From Eledone cirrhosa (lineage: Eukaryota): DNA of 64,000 bases. Of this stretch, positions 1-12,900 are shown piece by piece. The position numbers were made by a program, and so were the translations under genes. The stretch spans positions 329,220,001 through 329,284,000 of the forward strand of contig OZ024740.1 in assembly GCA_964016885.1 (NCBI GenBank). Direction: 5' to 3'. How positions within the stretch are numbered: the stretch's first letter is position 1; every line of letters begins with the position of its first letter. Below the pieces are notes generated by a model. The model ran no database searches. It was given only the letters and a program-made list of their open reading frames with translations, and had not been told where the DNA came from.

Positions 1-12
1 TCTTTTTCTGTC

Positions 13-50
13 CAATATTTCAGGGACCTAAAAGTCCCTTCTTCAGGTAT
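13..50 (-). ncRNA. Decayed type I hammerhead motif, probably the pseudo-LTR of an old PLE
   Basis: Minus strand reads CTGAAGA-AGGGACT ttta GGTCCCT-GAAA-TATT. Core and stem II are good; stem I pairs poorly. Confidence 0.45.
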
Positions 51-817
51 TAAGGAACTTTCAGTGGATAATGTTGCAATTTCCTCTCTTTGGTATTAAA
101 TGTTGATTTTGATTTAATTTCGTTTTCAAGCGTTTTTTTTAATGGTTATTACGCTTTTCACAAAAATGTATATACATATACACATACGCACCAATCAGTG
201 TGAAGAGAAGCATACGTTTTATGAAAGAATATCAATTGGAATTATTCTGGAAACTATCTCCATCAGACACTTTAAATACTTTTTTTATTATCACAATCAT
301 TGAATGAATATTATTATTCAGTACTGTTTACAAAATATAGTGGTTATAGAAATGGATCTAGAAGTATCTTTACTTTGTCGACAACTTGAAGTTATGTTGG
401 TTAAATATCAATCAGACAAATAAGAAATTGGTTCTCATTATCCAATTCTCCACAGATATTGGAATGAAATTTGGTGAATCAAATTTGATGTGTTTGTAGT
501 TTTGTTTTTTACATTCTTATTTTATCCTGCAATCCCTTTAGTGCCGTGATAAATTGTTTCCAATGTTTATTGGGAGACAGTTTTGTTTATGTTTTACCTT
601 CTAGTTTCTTTGTGTGAAACCTTCAGCTAGTTGGACTTTGTTATTCTTTTCATTGTACAGTAAACTCACTTCTGAGCTCACTATTTGACATTTGCGGACA
701 GATTTTTGTGTACATCATTGTTTGGAATCAATGTTCACTTAACTATTTCTGACATGATACTACAGGAGTAATATGGTAACTCCTGCTACCATCTTTACCT
801 TCATATCCCCCCCTCTC

Positions 818-911
<94 letters not shown>

Positions 912-1977
912 CATCACCACACACACTAACAGAAACACATAGTTATCAGAGATGTGTCTGAAGTACACACATTCTATATCTACAATTTAACAAAACCTGT
1001 TCATTCCATTTGTTGGATTGGAAAGGAATTAGTTGACCCTCTAGCCCATAGCCTGTAGTGTCAGTTCTACTAATAGAACAAGATATTTCCAAAAGTTCAA
1101 ACAATTGACTTTCTTCTTTGAACTGGTCTCATCATTAAATAAAGATGTACACACATCTATTAGCCACACTTTGGCTAGCCTGGGTGATGTAACATTTTAA
1201 AAGTTATAAAATAAAGTTAAAACCATTTCTATTATTTTCTATGTTGAAAGAGTTTGTTATCAAATTATTTAAGGTGTCAATATAAATCTGTTTAGAAGGT
1301 CTAAATCTATTGGATGTGAGGGGTGTTAAGATGTTAGTGTTTTTCTGTTTATCATTTTTACCTCACCCTCCGTGTGTTGTCAGTAGCAGGCTACACACCT
1401 ATTAATACTAAATATGTTTGTTCATTGATAAATGTTGCATTACTAGAGATATTCAAGGGAGAAATGATAGCTTATTTTGTTATTGGTTAGCTGGTAGAAC
1501 GGTGTGTTCTTTCTTCCAGCTCTCTTTCTGTTGGCAGACTAGCTAACCCATACCTGTTTGGCCAATAAATTTAAGAGGGCAAACTATGGTCTCTATTCAG
1601 GACACATTTACATTTTAGTTTTTACAGCAACGTCTGGAATATATATTCCAAGACCTAAACTAACATGACATTAGCAGTACTGAGGGTTTTCACTTCTTCT
1701 TGACAGTTGTTTGAGAAATATAGGGTAACTGTGACACAATCCCACAACATTTACTTCAATTTTCATTGTACTTTGATCTTACAACTACTTTTACCTGTTT
1801 AACTTACTATCAAGTGGCAACCACAACTAAAGTGTTTTTTAGGTTGCTGTCTTCTGCTAGGCCCACACACACACATACACACACATAACATGCACTAGTA
1901 CTACTATTGAAAGTTATTAGGTTACTTGCCAAAGATCTTCCCCTCCCTCCATATCATTGCACATTAATAGTTCACCA

Positions 1978-2063
<86 letters not shown>

Positions 2064-2068
2064 CCCCC

Positions 2069-2111
<43 letters not shown>

Positions 2112-4487
2112 ATATACTTGAACGAACCTTACAGCTAAATTATTTCACTAAAAGCAATCCCCCTAACAAGGAACACTAACAGTTGGTAAAGGCTTCAGAA
2201 GACTGAAAAAGTTAATATTACTAAAACAACTGTGAACTAAACACAAACATCTGTAAACAAATCCACATAATAAAGATGGTGATACCGCATGTTACAAAAT
2301 ACCCCAATTTAAGGATACACTTAAAATATCGGTACATTCCATATTTCCCTTAAAATATATCAGGGGAAAACGCTTGAAAAATAGAAATGCGAAAATTCAT
2401 TGATTTGTGAGTTGGAGCAATGATTTAGTCCTATTTCACAACAGGAACGGGTTTCGTCATTTTTTCCTGAGTTTGAATCATGTTTCTTTCATTTCATGGT
2501 TAAATGATTTTATTATCGGTGACATCTAATCTGGGCAACAAGGTTTGAAGAGTGGATGTGCTTTTTTACAATAACGAATACATTTGTTTGATCAATGAAT
2601 ACCTGGACAAGATCTATGTCCTGCTTCCAGCATTTCTACTGTATCTTTGTTTTTGCGAATATCATGTCCTGACGGAAAACACAATAATATTCAGGAAGGA
2701 CATATACTACAAGGGGAATATTCAGGCGGATATCAGGGCGTGCTGAAAATGCCTGGCTTTAAGGGTATCAGGAAAAGGGTAGAGGTATTATCTTTACAAT
2801 GGAGGTAGGACTGCTGAAATAAGTGTGATAATCTGAAAAGGGAATATGTTGAATAAAATCATAAATATCTTGTCCTCCTTTATTTCTTTTACCTGATCCT
2901 TCTGTACTTTCTTTTACACAAAGCCAAGATCTTTTCAGCACTGCTAGTAAATGATCCTTGCTAAAACCATAACAATATCTGAGAGAAGAGCAACGCCATT
3001 GTGGTTGTCTCACTTTATTCTGACAACATTTCTTTTATAAGGAGGTAGTATTGCATATTTCAATACATGTGATCAATGCAACTTGTCAAACTATATTAAT
3101 ATAGTCGTAAACGTTTGATATCTCTGCCACCGAAGCGGATGAACTCCGAGCATTTTTACTAGATGTGTCAATTATTGCATCATTGCCACCATTCAGCCAG
3201 TTCAACCTTTCAAAATATGACCAATTCGGTTCCCTGAAATCCTTATTTAATAGAGCAGAGTCATCCTTAAAAAACAAAGGACGGAATGCTGAACTTTCAG
3301 GCTCACTGCTAAAATAAAAGAGTACTGCAATACATCAGCAAAATCATTAATACCATATCGATAAAATTGCATCCAGGTGATCTGTTTATACTTAAATGAT
3401 AACTGCATGGGAAATTTTAGATTATCTTAATTAAGTGCAATATTTCGTTCTGAAATGATATACCTACGTTTAGCCATATTATGCATTATGGTGTGCAGGT
3501 AGAAATATCTGAACTTTAATGTCCTTTTCATAACCCCAGTTTCTATAAGAAGCTATAACATATCCCAATGTCTTAGCATCGTATTTGTAAATCCAATCTT
3601 GAAAATCTTAACATAAATCCATATTTTCCATAATGGATAAATTATTCTGAAGATCTTTTCCCCACAGAGGATCGCATATCATATGGACATTTGCGACCGA
3701 AGACTCTAAACAGCCCCCCCCCCCCCCCCCCCCCCAGTAGCACTAAGACATAACGTCCAGGCACATCCGTTATCAACTTTGTCCTAAATGAGAATGATGT
3801 CAATATGAAAACCATATTCCTAACAAAGACCTAGGAGCATATAGTCATTGCAATTATCTCGAACACCCAAATTAACAAGACTAGTTCGCGTTTGACAAAT
3901 TCTTCCAAATTACTATTGCAGTCTCCTGCTAATAGGAACTTGTATAACACAAGTACATATAAGCAAAAATACACACACACATACACATGCGTGCATACAG
4001 GCACAAACATATACACCCAGAAAAAGTCACACATATGCACATGTAAAAACATACAATCGCACACATAGTAAGAGGACAAACATCAATTCACATATATCTT
4101 AATTTATAATACGTTCAGATATTGTAAGCTTGGTAGGCCACAAGAGTGACAGAAGATAATACTGATAATATAATTCATATTTCATATGTTTCTTACACCA
4201 TAACTCGAGTGTTTCAGGAAAGTGAGCCGGTTGTTCATTAAGACTCTCCTGTAGACGATCAGCAAACAACAAGCTCCTTTACTGAATAAATAAAGCATGT
4301 AAAATCATATGTATTAACCTACATTCACCCCCCCCCCCCCCACACACACAAACGCGCACACACACACACATATATATATACGTGAACAATATATATATAC
4401 GTGAATAGTAATATATATGGAATTATTCGCACACATATACATTTGTATACATATAAATATACACACATAGACCACACGTATACACAG

Positions 4488-4549
<62 letters not shown>

Positions 4550-4551
4550 TG

Positions 4552-4582
<31 letters not shown>

Positions 4583-4851
4583 CATATATAAAACAACTGC
4601 TTACAGAGATGGAAATTGAGACCGAAGATACCATGAGAAATTCTATTAGTTGCTACAGAAGTAAAGATAAGAGATTCTCAGAGATATATAAATAATTTAA
4701 GAAACGATGCGATGGAAGATGCTGAAGTTTCTTAACGATAACTATCCAAAACATCCCTGGTTGCTTAGGGGCAACTGAGTTACATATACCTATACATAAA
4801 AAAAATACATACTACGATGCATGCTTAACGTTATCGTACTACTACTGGTAA

Positions 4852-4910
<59 letters not shown>

Positions 4911-4997
4911 ATACATATAAATATACATATATATTTATATATTTATTAGTTAATGAGATATCCTTTACTCATTTATTATATATATATATATATACAA

Positions 4998-5110
<113 letters not shown>

Positions 5111-5124
5111 TAGATAGATAGATG

Positions 5125-5173
<49 letters not shown>

Positions 5174-5338
5174 GTAGAATGGGTTTCGGTGTTTTCTCTG
5201 TACGCGTAGAGCTTCTCTCCAGTATCATCATTGGTTTCATACGCATGTGAATAATTTATTTCTGGTATCATCGAATGTATAAGGTCAACCACAACTTTGT
5301 TTGACTCGTCGTGTCGAAATGCAATTCCAATGTACTAC

Positions 5339-5405
<67 letters not shown>

Positions 5406-5412
<7 letters not shown>

Positions 5413-8129
5413 GTGAGGTTTTCTTTACAAAATGAAAAATAAACGAGGTGTCCTACACGAGTGAAAGTATAAAGAAAAAAAGATGAAATCGAAAATGCAA
5501 CTGGAGTCCTATTTAAAAAAAAATATATATATTTATTTGGTTCCTTTACCGGTTTCGCAGTTCTTCTGCTTTTCAAAAGTAGAGTTGAGATGGAGGGTCT
5601 GTGGTTTTTCTCACATCTGGTTGGTCTTTGAATGTTACTTGTTTTATATGGAAAAAAAGTGGCTCGAAACGCCAGGTTTTTACAGAAGTAATTTGATTGG
5701 TTGGTCAATAATTATAATAAATTTCGCGCCAGTTCGCGTTACAAAGTTCTTCAAACAAGGGGGGGTCTCAGGTTGTTTTTTTCATATATGAGTGTTTGAA
5801 TTTCTTTTTACTTAAAAAAAGGGGCTCACAAAGGCTTTTTTTTAAATAAACGTAATTTGATTGGTTATAAATGAAATTATGCTGTCACGTGAACAAGTTT
5901 TCATTAAATTTCGCGCCCGTATTTGGAAATTTATTCTGTAGCCTTTTTAGAGAATGTTATGACAAGCAAAAGATAATGGTCAAGAGAAATGGGATGGGAG
6001 AATTGTTCTGGTTCAGTGAATATGGTTAGTTCGCTGGGGTGTCACATTCAGATTTTCTATTGAAATAAAGAAAATAAAGATATGTATGTTTATTTGTGTG
6101 CTTGTGTGTGTGTATAGGAAGATGATTCTATTAGTAGAAATGGGGGATGGAGTTGTGTGTGTGTGTATGTGTGTGTGTGCGTGTGTGTGTGTGTGTTATG
6201 TGTGTGTGTGGGAGTATGTTAAGATGGAGAGAATATATATATTTTGTGTGTGTGTATATATGTGTGTAGGAAAGTGATTCTATTAGTAGAAATGTGGGAG
6301 GGAGTTGTGTGTGTGGGGGTGGGGGTTGTTATATGTGTGCATCGGTGTTATGTGTGTGTGGGAGTAGGTTAGCATGCTAAGATGAAGAGAATATATATAT
6401 ATTGTGTGTGTGTGTGTGTAGGAAAATGACTCCGTTAGTAGGAATATTTTTGAATGAACATATTTTCCTTACTTATTCGTATTTGTTCTGTTGTATTGTC
6501 AGCGCAAACGTATGTTTAGGTTGATTTAGTTCGGGTTTTTATTGTCTACAGTACCAGGTGTTATGTGTGTGTGTATGAGTCTGTTTGGATGGTTAGCATG
6601 TTATGGTGTTGACATAATGTATATTAAACCATATTTAATGCTGGTCTATATTTTTGAATAAACATAGTTTCCTTATTTATTCATATTTGTTCTGTTGTAT
6701 TGTTAGCGCAAAGGTAAAATGGGAAGACTTGGAATTTGGGTGTCTTATTACTTGCGCAAATGTCTAGATGTGCCCTTAGTGGTATCTGTCTCGTGGTTGG
6801 ATCTCGTAATTGTTGGCGATGAACTGTCATTCTGTTTCTGAGTGTGAGTTTAGTTTGTCCTATATAATCTTCATTGCATCCTTTACATTTAATGGCATAC
6901 ATTAGATGTTTTGATGAGCAAGTGAAGTGATTTTTTACAGAAAAATTTTGTCCTGATTTAAATGTATACGTGTTGCCTTCAAAGAGGTGAGTGCACGTTC
7001 CACAATTAGAGCGACCACATTTTTTGACAGTTGGTTGTGTGTTTGTGGTAGGTAATTTGGCATTGGTGAGTAATGTTTTCAGTGATTTCGGTTGTCTTTT
7101 GCTTTTGATTATTGTGTGTGTTTCAAGGGCTTTTTTCATTCTTGGGTCTTGTTTTAGTAGTGGGATGTTCTTGTGAATAGTGTTGTAAGCTTACGCATTT
7201 CTTGAGGTGTGTGTTGAGATATATGATTGAATATTGGACGTACCTTGAATTTGTTTCTGTTTTCGTAATTCATCAATGTCTATTGCGTTAGCCCTTTCTA
7301 TTCCATTATTTATTAATAATGGTGGGTACTCTCTTTCGAGCAGAATTTCCTTTAATTCTTGAAGTCTTTTATTTCGCGTTTCATAATTGGAGTCAATTGT
7401 GCAAATTCTTCTTGCTAGTTTAAAAGGAATGTTCGTCTTCGTGTGCTTTGGATGGTTGGAGGTGAATAGCAGGTATTGTTTGGAATCTGTTTGTTTGTAG
7501 TGTATGTCAGTTTCAATATTTGTGTATTTTTTTAAGATTAAGATGTCCAGAAATGGGAGTTGATCTTGGCTGTATTCCATTGTGGATTGGATGTGGTTAT
7601 TGATGCCGTTTATTAAGTTTTTGAAATCCTTCAGTTGGTCAAATGTGTGGGACCAAAGAATGAGACAATCATCCAAGTAGCGTTTCCAATTCTCTGATAA
7701 ATATTTGTGGAAGTTCAATCCGTATTTTAATTTGGACTGTTCATATATCTGGACTTCTAAGTATGCCATGACTAAGTTGGCATAAGTTGGAGCGGCTTTT
7801 GTACGCATCGCAGTCCCAGATATTTGTTTGTAAGTACTGCCATCGAAATAAAAAAAGTTGTTCTGTAAGATAAATTTTAATCCCTCGGTGATGAAGCTTT
7901 TTTCTATTCTTCCAGGTATCTCATTGGGATATTTCTCTAGCCAGAATCCTATTGCTTCTAGTCCGTATTAGTGTAGGATCGTTGTGTAGAGATTCACTAC
8001 ATCGAAAGACACAATAATAGTGTCGTTGTTGACATCTTTGGGAAGGTGGTTTAAGAGATCCAGATCGTCTCTTACAAGGCTTGGTATGTGTTTGAGAATT
8101 GGTTTTAGTAGTATTTCTATAAAGTTGTT
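5406..8129 (-). mobile_element. Penelope-like retroelement, Neptune-like, 5'-truncated and frameshifted (RT + GIY-YIG), 3' end in (TA)n
   Basis: RT motifs APTYANLVM, WKRYLDD, LPFLD, YKQTDSKQYL..S.HP (7191-7808). Cys linker CxxxxCxxC and GIY-YIG LMYAIKC..C...YIGQT...R...H (6681-7139). HHR at the 3' end. GT-rich minisatellite in the 3' UTR (~6085-6440). Confidence 0.9.
5544..5579 (-). ncRNA. Minimal type I hammerhead, U3-A8 core variant, in the Neptune-like PLE 3' end
   Basis: CTT-TTGAAAA-GCAG aagaa CTGC-GAAA-CCGG-TA-AAG; palindromic stem III, GUA triplet, 3-bp stem I. Confidence 0.65.
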
Positions 8130-9720
8130 CATTTGCTATGACAAGTTACATACAGGTAAACGTTGCTTGAAAGTGAATAAGCTTATCAATTAAGTGCATA
8201 ATGCAGTTGAACCGGTTATTAAAAGTTACGAACCAATTAGTATTTTGGACAATCAATGATGGGTTAATAATCTTCCAATAGCGAATTTAGCAGACCAAAG
8301 TTGCAAGATGGTGGCCCTGATGCCGCTAGGTGTCAGATCTGTCCGCCATGGGTGACCCTACCGGGAAATAATTTTCCAGACGGCATAGCTCCGACACCTC
8401 CAACACCTGCACCAACATCTATAGCACCTCTTTGTAGACGATATTGCGTGTCATCCCTTGAGGAGTGTAAGCAAAAAGTCCATTCCTGCTTTCTACGTAG
8501 GAACAGGCAACATAAAGTTGGCCATTGGAGAAGCATGGCTCCCCCAAATGGATGCTCTTTCGCTGAGCCAATCAACGTTTTTAAAGTTATATGAGACATG
8601 AGGAAAAACTGCTTCCCAAAGGTCAGAAGGGCTGCTCACAATGTTGCACAAGGAGTCGATTGCTCTGCCGCCCTTGTCATCCGCAGGGATCTTACCCTGA
8701 CCAAGTGCTAAAATGTTCTGAGCAAATGCTACAGACATGTTGTCAACATGCAAACGAGCACGTATATTTGTGCTCAGGTACAAACTCTTCGCCTGAGTCC
8801 ACAACATGGACGCTTTAAGGCAGGCTCGCACTTCATCAGCTCTTGTCGCTTTGGGGATGACAGGCAGCGTTTGCTGAAAATCCCCTGATAGCAGAATGGT
8901 TACGCCACCCATAGGGGCCGTAGAATCCCTAGTGTCTTTCAGGGTCCTGTCCAATGCCTCAAGGGCACACTTGTGTGTCAGTGTGCACTCATCCCAATCA
9001 ATGAGGCAGCATTTTTTGAGAACCTGAGCTTCGTATGAGCTCTTGCTGATATTGCATGTTGGTTTCTCAGTTTTTACTAAATCCAAGGGGAGTTTAAAGG
9101 TTGAATGTGCTGTCCTACCTCCCGGCAGCAAAGTAGCAGCGATCCCGGACGATGCAACGGCCAACGCAATTTTTTTCTCCTGACGAATCTTAGCGAGAAT
9201 CAATTTCGTTACGAAAGCTTTTCCGGTACCGCCAGGAGCATCGAGAAAGTAAATACACCCAGTCTGATTTTGAACCGCGTCAATGATAGTTAAATAGGCC
9301 AACGCTTCTTAAGAAGTTTGGGCTCATTTTCCTCTAAGTATTGGGAAAGAGATTCGATGCCATATGCTATTTCTCGCAACAAATCCGGGGCTTCCTCTCT
9401 GACGGTTGACAGCAAGCCATACGTCGCCAACTCACTCCCACCAATGTCGAGGAGGGCGTCTTCGATATCAATGAGTGCCCTGTTGTAGATAATTTCGCTG
9501 TAACCAACTTCCACTGAAGGATACTGCAGATGAGCCAGGCGCATGAAGTCCTCAGACATGAAGTCTCTGTACTTGACCCATAAAGATTTGGAATCACCCA
9601 ATTCACACTTTTGAGGAAAAATGGCAAAGGGTTCCCGAGACGGCCCGAGAACGGTCGCTTCACCACAACAGTTACGTAGAGGTTTATACAAATGCCCAAT
9701 TAATATGGATAACATGCTTA
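8130..9720 (-). mobile_element. Helitron fragment (PIF1-like helicase, disrupted)
   Basis: ORF 8493-9302 has FLDAPGGTGK, ASSGIAATLLPGGRTAHSTFKLPL, WDE and GDFQQTLPVIP; upstream ORF 9290-9715 continues RepHel. Confidence 0.85.
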
Positions 9721-9741
9721 TCTATAAGTGGTCAGCTATAA

Positions 9742-9891
9742 TAATTGTTTCTACTTTTGGCACAAGGCCAGATATTACCAGTGTATTACTGGTACTTTAT
9801 TTCATCGACTCCATAATGATGAAAGGCAAAGTAAACCCCGGCGGGATTTGAACTCAGAATGACAAGGGCCGTAACTCTATGCGTCAAAGCA
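9742..9891 (-). mobile_element. tRNA-derived SINE, variant B, 5'-truncated
   Basis: B box GTTCAAATCC, core TTTGCCTTTCATC...GTCGATGAAATAAAGTACCAG and tail GGCCTTGTGCCAAAAGTAGAAACAATTA shared with other copies in the window. Confidence 0.85.
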
Positions 9892-9959
9892 AAATAAAAC
9901 AACAAATTATATGACACAAAAATGTATTCAGTAATTTCCAGGCTCTTAGCCACTGAGTA

Positions 9960-12900
9960 ATAGACAGACAATGTTGCCCAGAGTTCAACTCGGGGAGGTG
10001 GCCTGGTTTGAATTCCAAATGGCGGATCCTTCTACTTCGAAAATAGAATCGTTTTTCAATATTACTCTTGGCCTGGCCGGCCATAGGCACCACACTGTTT
10101 GCCAGACTCAGCAATTTCTACCAATACTTGTTGGTTTTATTGCTCATTATCGACAATAATGACATTGAACAGAAATAATAACTCTGCCAAAGCTCTCAAT
10201 ACTGATCAATCGACACCAATGTCTGAATCATTTACGTCGAATATTCATAGCAGTGAAGGCAATTTCTACCAATACTTGTTGGTATTTATTGCGCAACATA
10301 GCAGTGAAAGCAATTTTTACCAATACTTGTTTGTTTTTATTGCTCATAACGACATTAAATGACATTGAACATACATGATAACCCTGTCAAAGATCACAAT
10401 ACTGATCCAAGGACACCAATGTCTGAATCATTTACGTCGCTTATTCATAGCATTAAAGATATGCATACATCAGCTCAAAGCATCATTATAGACAACATTC
10501 AGGGTTGTTCCTCTATTAGTGGTATCAATTGCAAATTTTATACCATCAGGATCGCACACTCGAGATGCAGCAACATACAGTTGCCCATGGCTGAATGATG
10601 GATCGTTCAAGTAGACACCGACTCGCTTGAAAGTCTGTCTCTGTGCCTTGTTGACAGTCATGGAGAACCCAAATTGACGGGAAACTGTCTCCTTTGCCAA
10701 ATGAATGGCAGCAGATCTTCATATGGTCTCAGCATGATCCTCGGAATGAGAACGAATTCCTCTCTGCCTGGGAGTTTAGCTTCTGAAACTCTTCCGTTAA
10801 TCAATCGCTCAACAATCAATCTGGTACCATAGCAAAGACCCATTTCATGATTGATATTTCTAAACAATATAATCGGCATACCCTTTTTCAACCTCAAAAT
10901 GTGGGGGAAATCCGGGTATTTGAAGTCAGTCGGAACATCCATATTGATCTGCTGATTAGGCTCCATTGCATATGCACTGGCGGTCAACCATTTCTCTCCA
11001 GGAAACATTCCGGCTACTTGTGAATTTATTTCATCGACCGTTGCATTTGTATGAGTTAAAATAACGCGTTCCGATATCCAGGAGATATTCTGCCAAAAAG
11101 CATTCAAATTAGGGAACACCCAGTCAATCAATGCTTGACGGTCCAGTGGCATGACCAAATGGTGTGGGGGCCTTACAGTCTGATTATCACCACTGTGTGG
11201 CAATTCATCGTTTCCCAACTGCATCAACCATCGGCCGTATGTATCATCCTTTTCGTTTTGCCCGAACATACGAAGTCGCATATTATCGTGTAATCGCAAA
11301 ACTCTGAAATGGAGCCACAACGGGGACTTTTTCGGACATGCATCGACAATTTGCGCTCTTTGAGCATTCCTAACAATTGGTAACACCTGTCTGAAATCGA
11401 CACCAAGAACGATAGTCTTACCACCGAATGGCAGATCACTACCGCAGATATCTCTCAAAGTTCTGTCCAATGCCGCCAGCAAATATATGTGTGCCTCGTC
11501 CCAAATAATCAGAGATGTATTGCGTATAGGGCCCGCAAGTTCACTTTGCCTTGCAATGTTACATACACTCAACTCATCCGGAGCCAATGGAGCCTTGAAG
11601 CATGAGTGGAAGGTCCTTTCACCACTCAGCAAAGTGGCAGTGACCCCTCTGGTGGCCAGAGGGAGAGCAATCTTCCTCTGAGATCTGACTGCCGATAACA
11701 TAGTGTTGAAACAGAATGTCTTTCCGGTGCCTCCTGGAGCATCGATGAAAGCACAAAGTTGCTCATTAGTGGAAATCGACTGGAGAACGCCATCGACCAA
11801 TTCTCTCTGAGATTGGGTCAACATTGGCATACGTTCATCCACAATTCGTTGCTGTTCCAGTTGATCAAACTGGAATAGTTCCCTCCGATCGAGTGGCAAC
11901 CGTCTAATCTTATCTTCGATGCTAAAACACGTTGCTGCATTTCTTCATCAGGAATTTGCAAATTGAAATCTGTTAAACATTTGAAATGAACTTCAAGCAG
12001 TTGCTCAATATTAAGCAAAACAATAGCTTTCATCAAAATTTGATCATCGACCTGAAGATGATGCCTAAAATCATCAGCCATAATTACCTAATGGCGTTTA
12101 AATAACTCTCTTGGATCGGCAGGATTGCAGAATCCTAGAATCGTGACAAACAACTGCCTTATTTGAGCTGGCATCTATGTTGTTCCTGCAGATTCCATGG
12201 CGTTATTCCATTCAGCGTCATCCTGAAGGAATCCCAGATGCTGACACACAGCCTGATACGTTTCATATTCCACGCCATTGATTGTTTTCAAAACAGCGAA
12301 GCTCTGTTTGCCTCTCGAAAAATCATTATGCAACAGAATTAGGAAATAAAACATGTCACCAGATGCGGGATGGACATTACAAACCCGTCCAATAGTCATA
12401 AATCTCAACTTTTGTCTTCTATCATTCCATTTCTTTCCCTTCTTATCCCACGTATAGTGCGAAGGGAAATCGCAGTAGAGTTGCCTTTGATCCGGGTGCA
12501 AAGCATGTTCCCTATTATGGTTGAACCACTCAGTCAATTCCGTCTTAGGAGGTGGTTCGTTAGCTATTCTTTCGACACCTCTTCTAGTGTCCTGAAAACA
12601 GACCATTTGCCTAATCTCTACGTGAACCGTCCGTTTCTGAACGCTGGGTTTGCGTTCATTGAGATCAAAATCGAACAATCTCCAGCAAGCTTCGCTAGAT
12701 CCAATCGAGCGAACATGCTGGAACCTGCCAATTTCATCTCCTTGGTTCTCTTCCTCATTCCTGACATTGATCATTTCCGATCATGACCTTTGTAAACATA
12801 TTTGAATTGCATATTTGAATTGCAAGCTTTCACTGAGCTACACATTTCCACATTAATATGACAACGATATTTCATAATCAAATATGGATTGTATGGCACA

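Noticed and set aside
230-1800. Possible very old PLE ORF on the minus strand (LPYIS and FIGQTG remnants)
   Set aside because: Too degenerate to delimit; only the adjacent HHR-like motif is reported.
5175-5240. ATGATGA...CACC-GAAA hammerhead-like text on the minus strand
   Set aside because: The core is mutated and stems I-III are not convincing.
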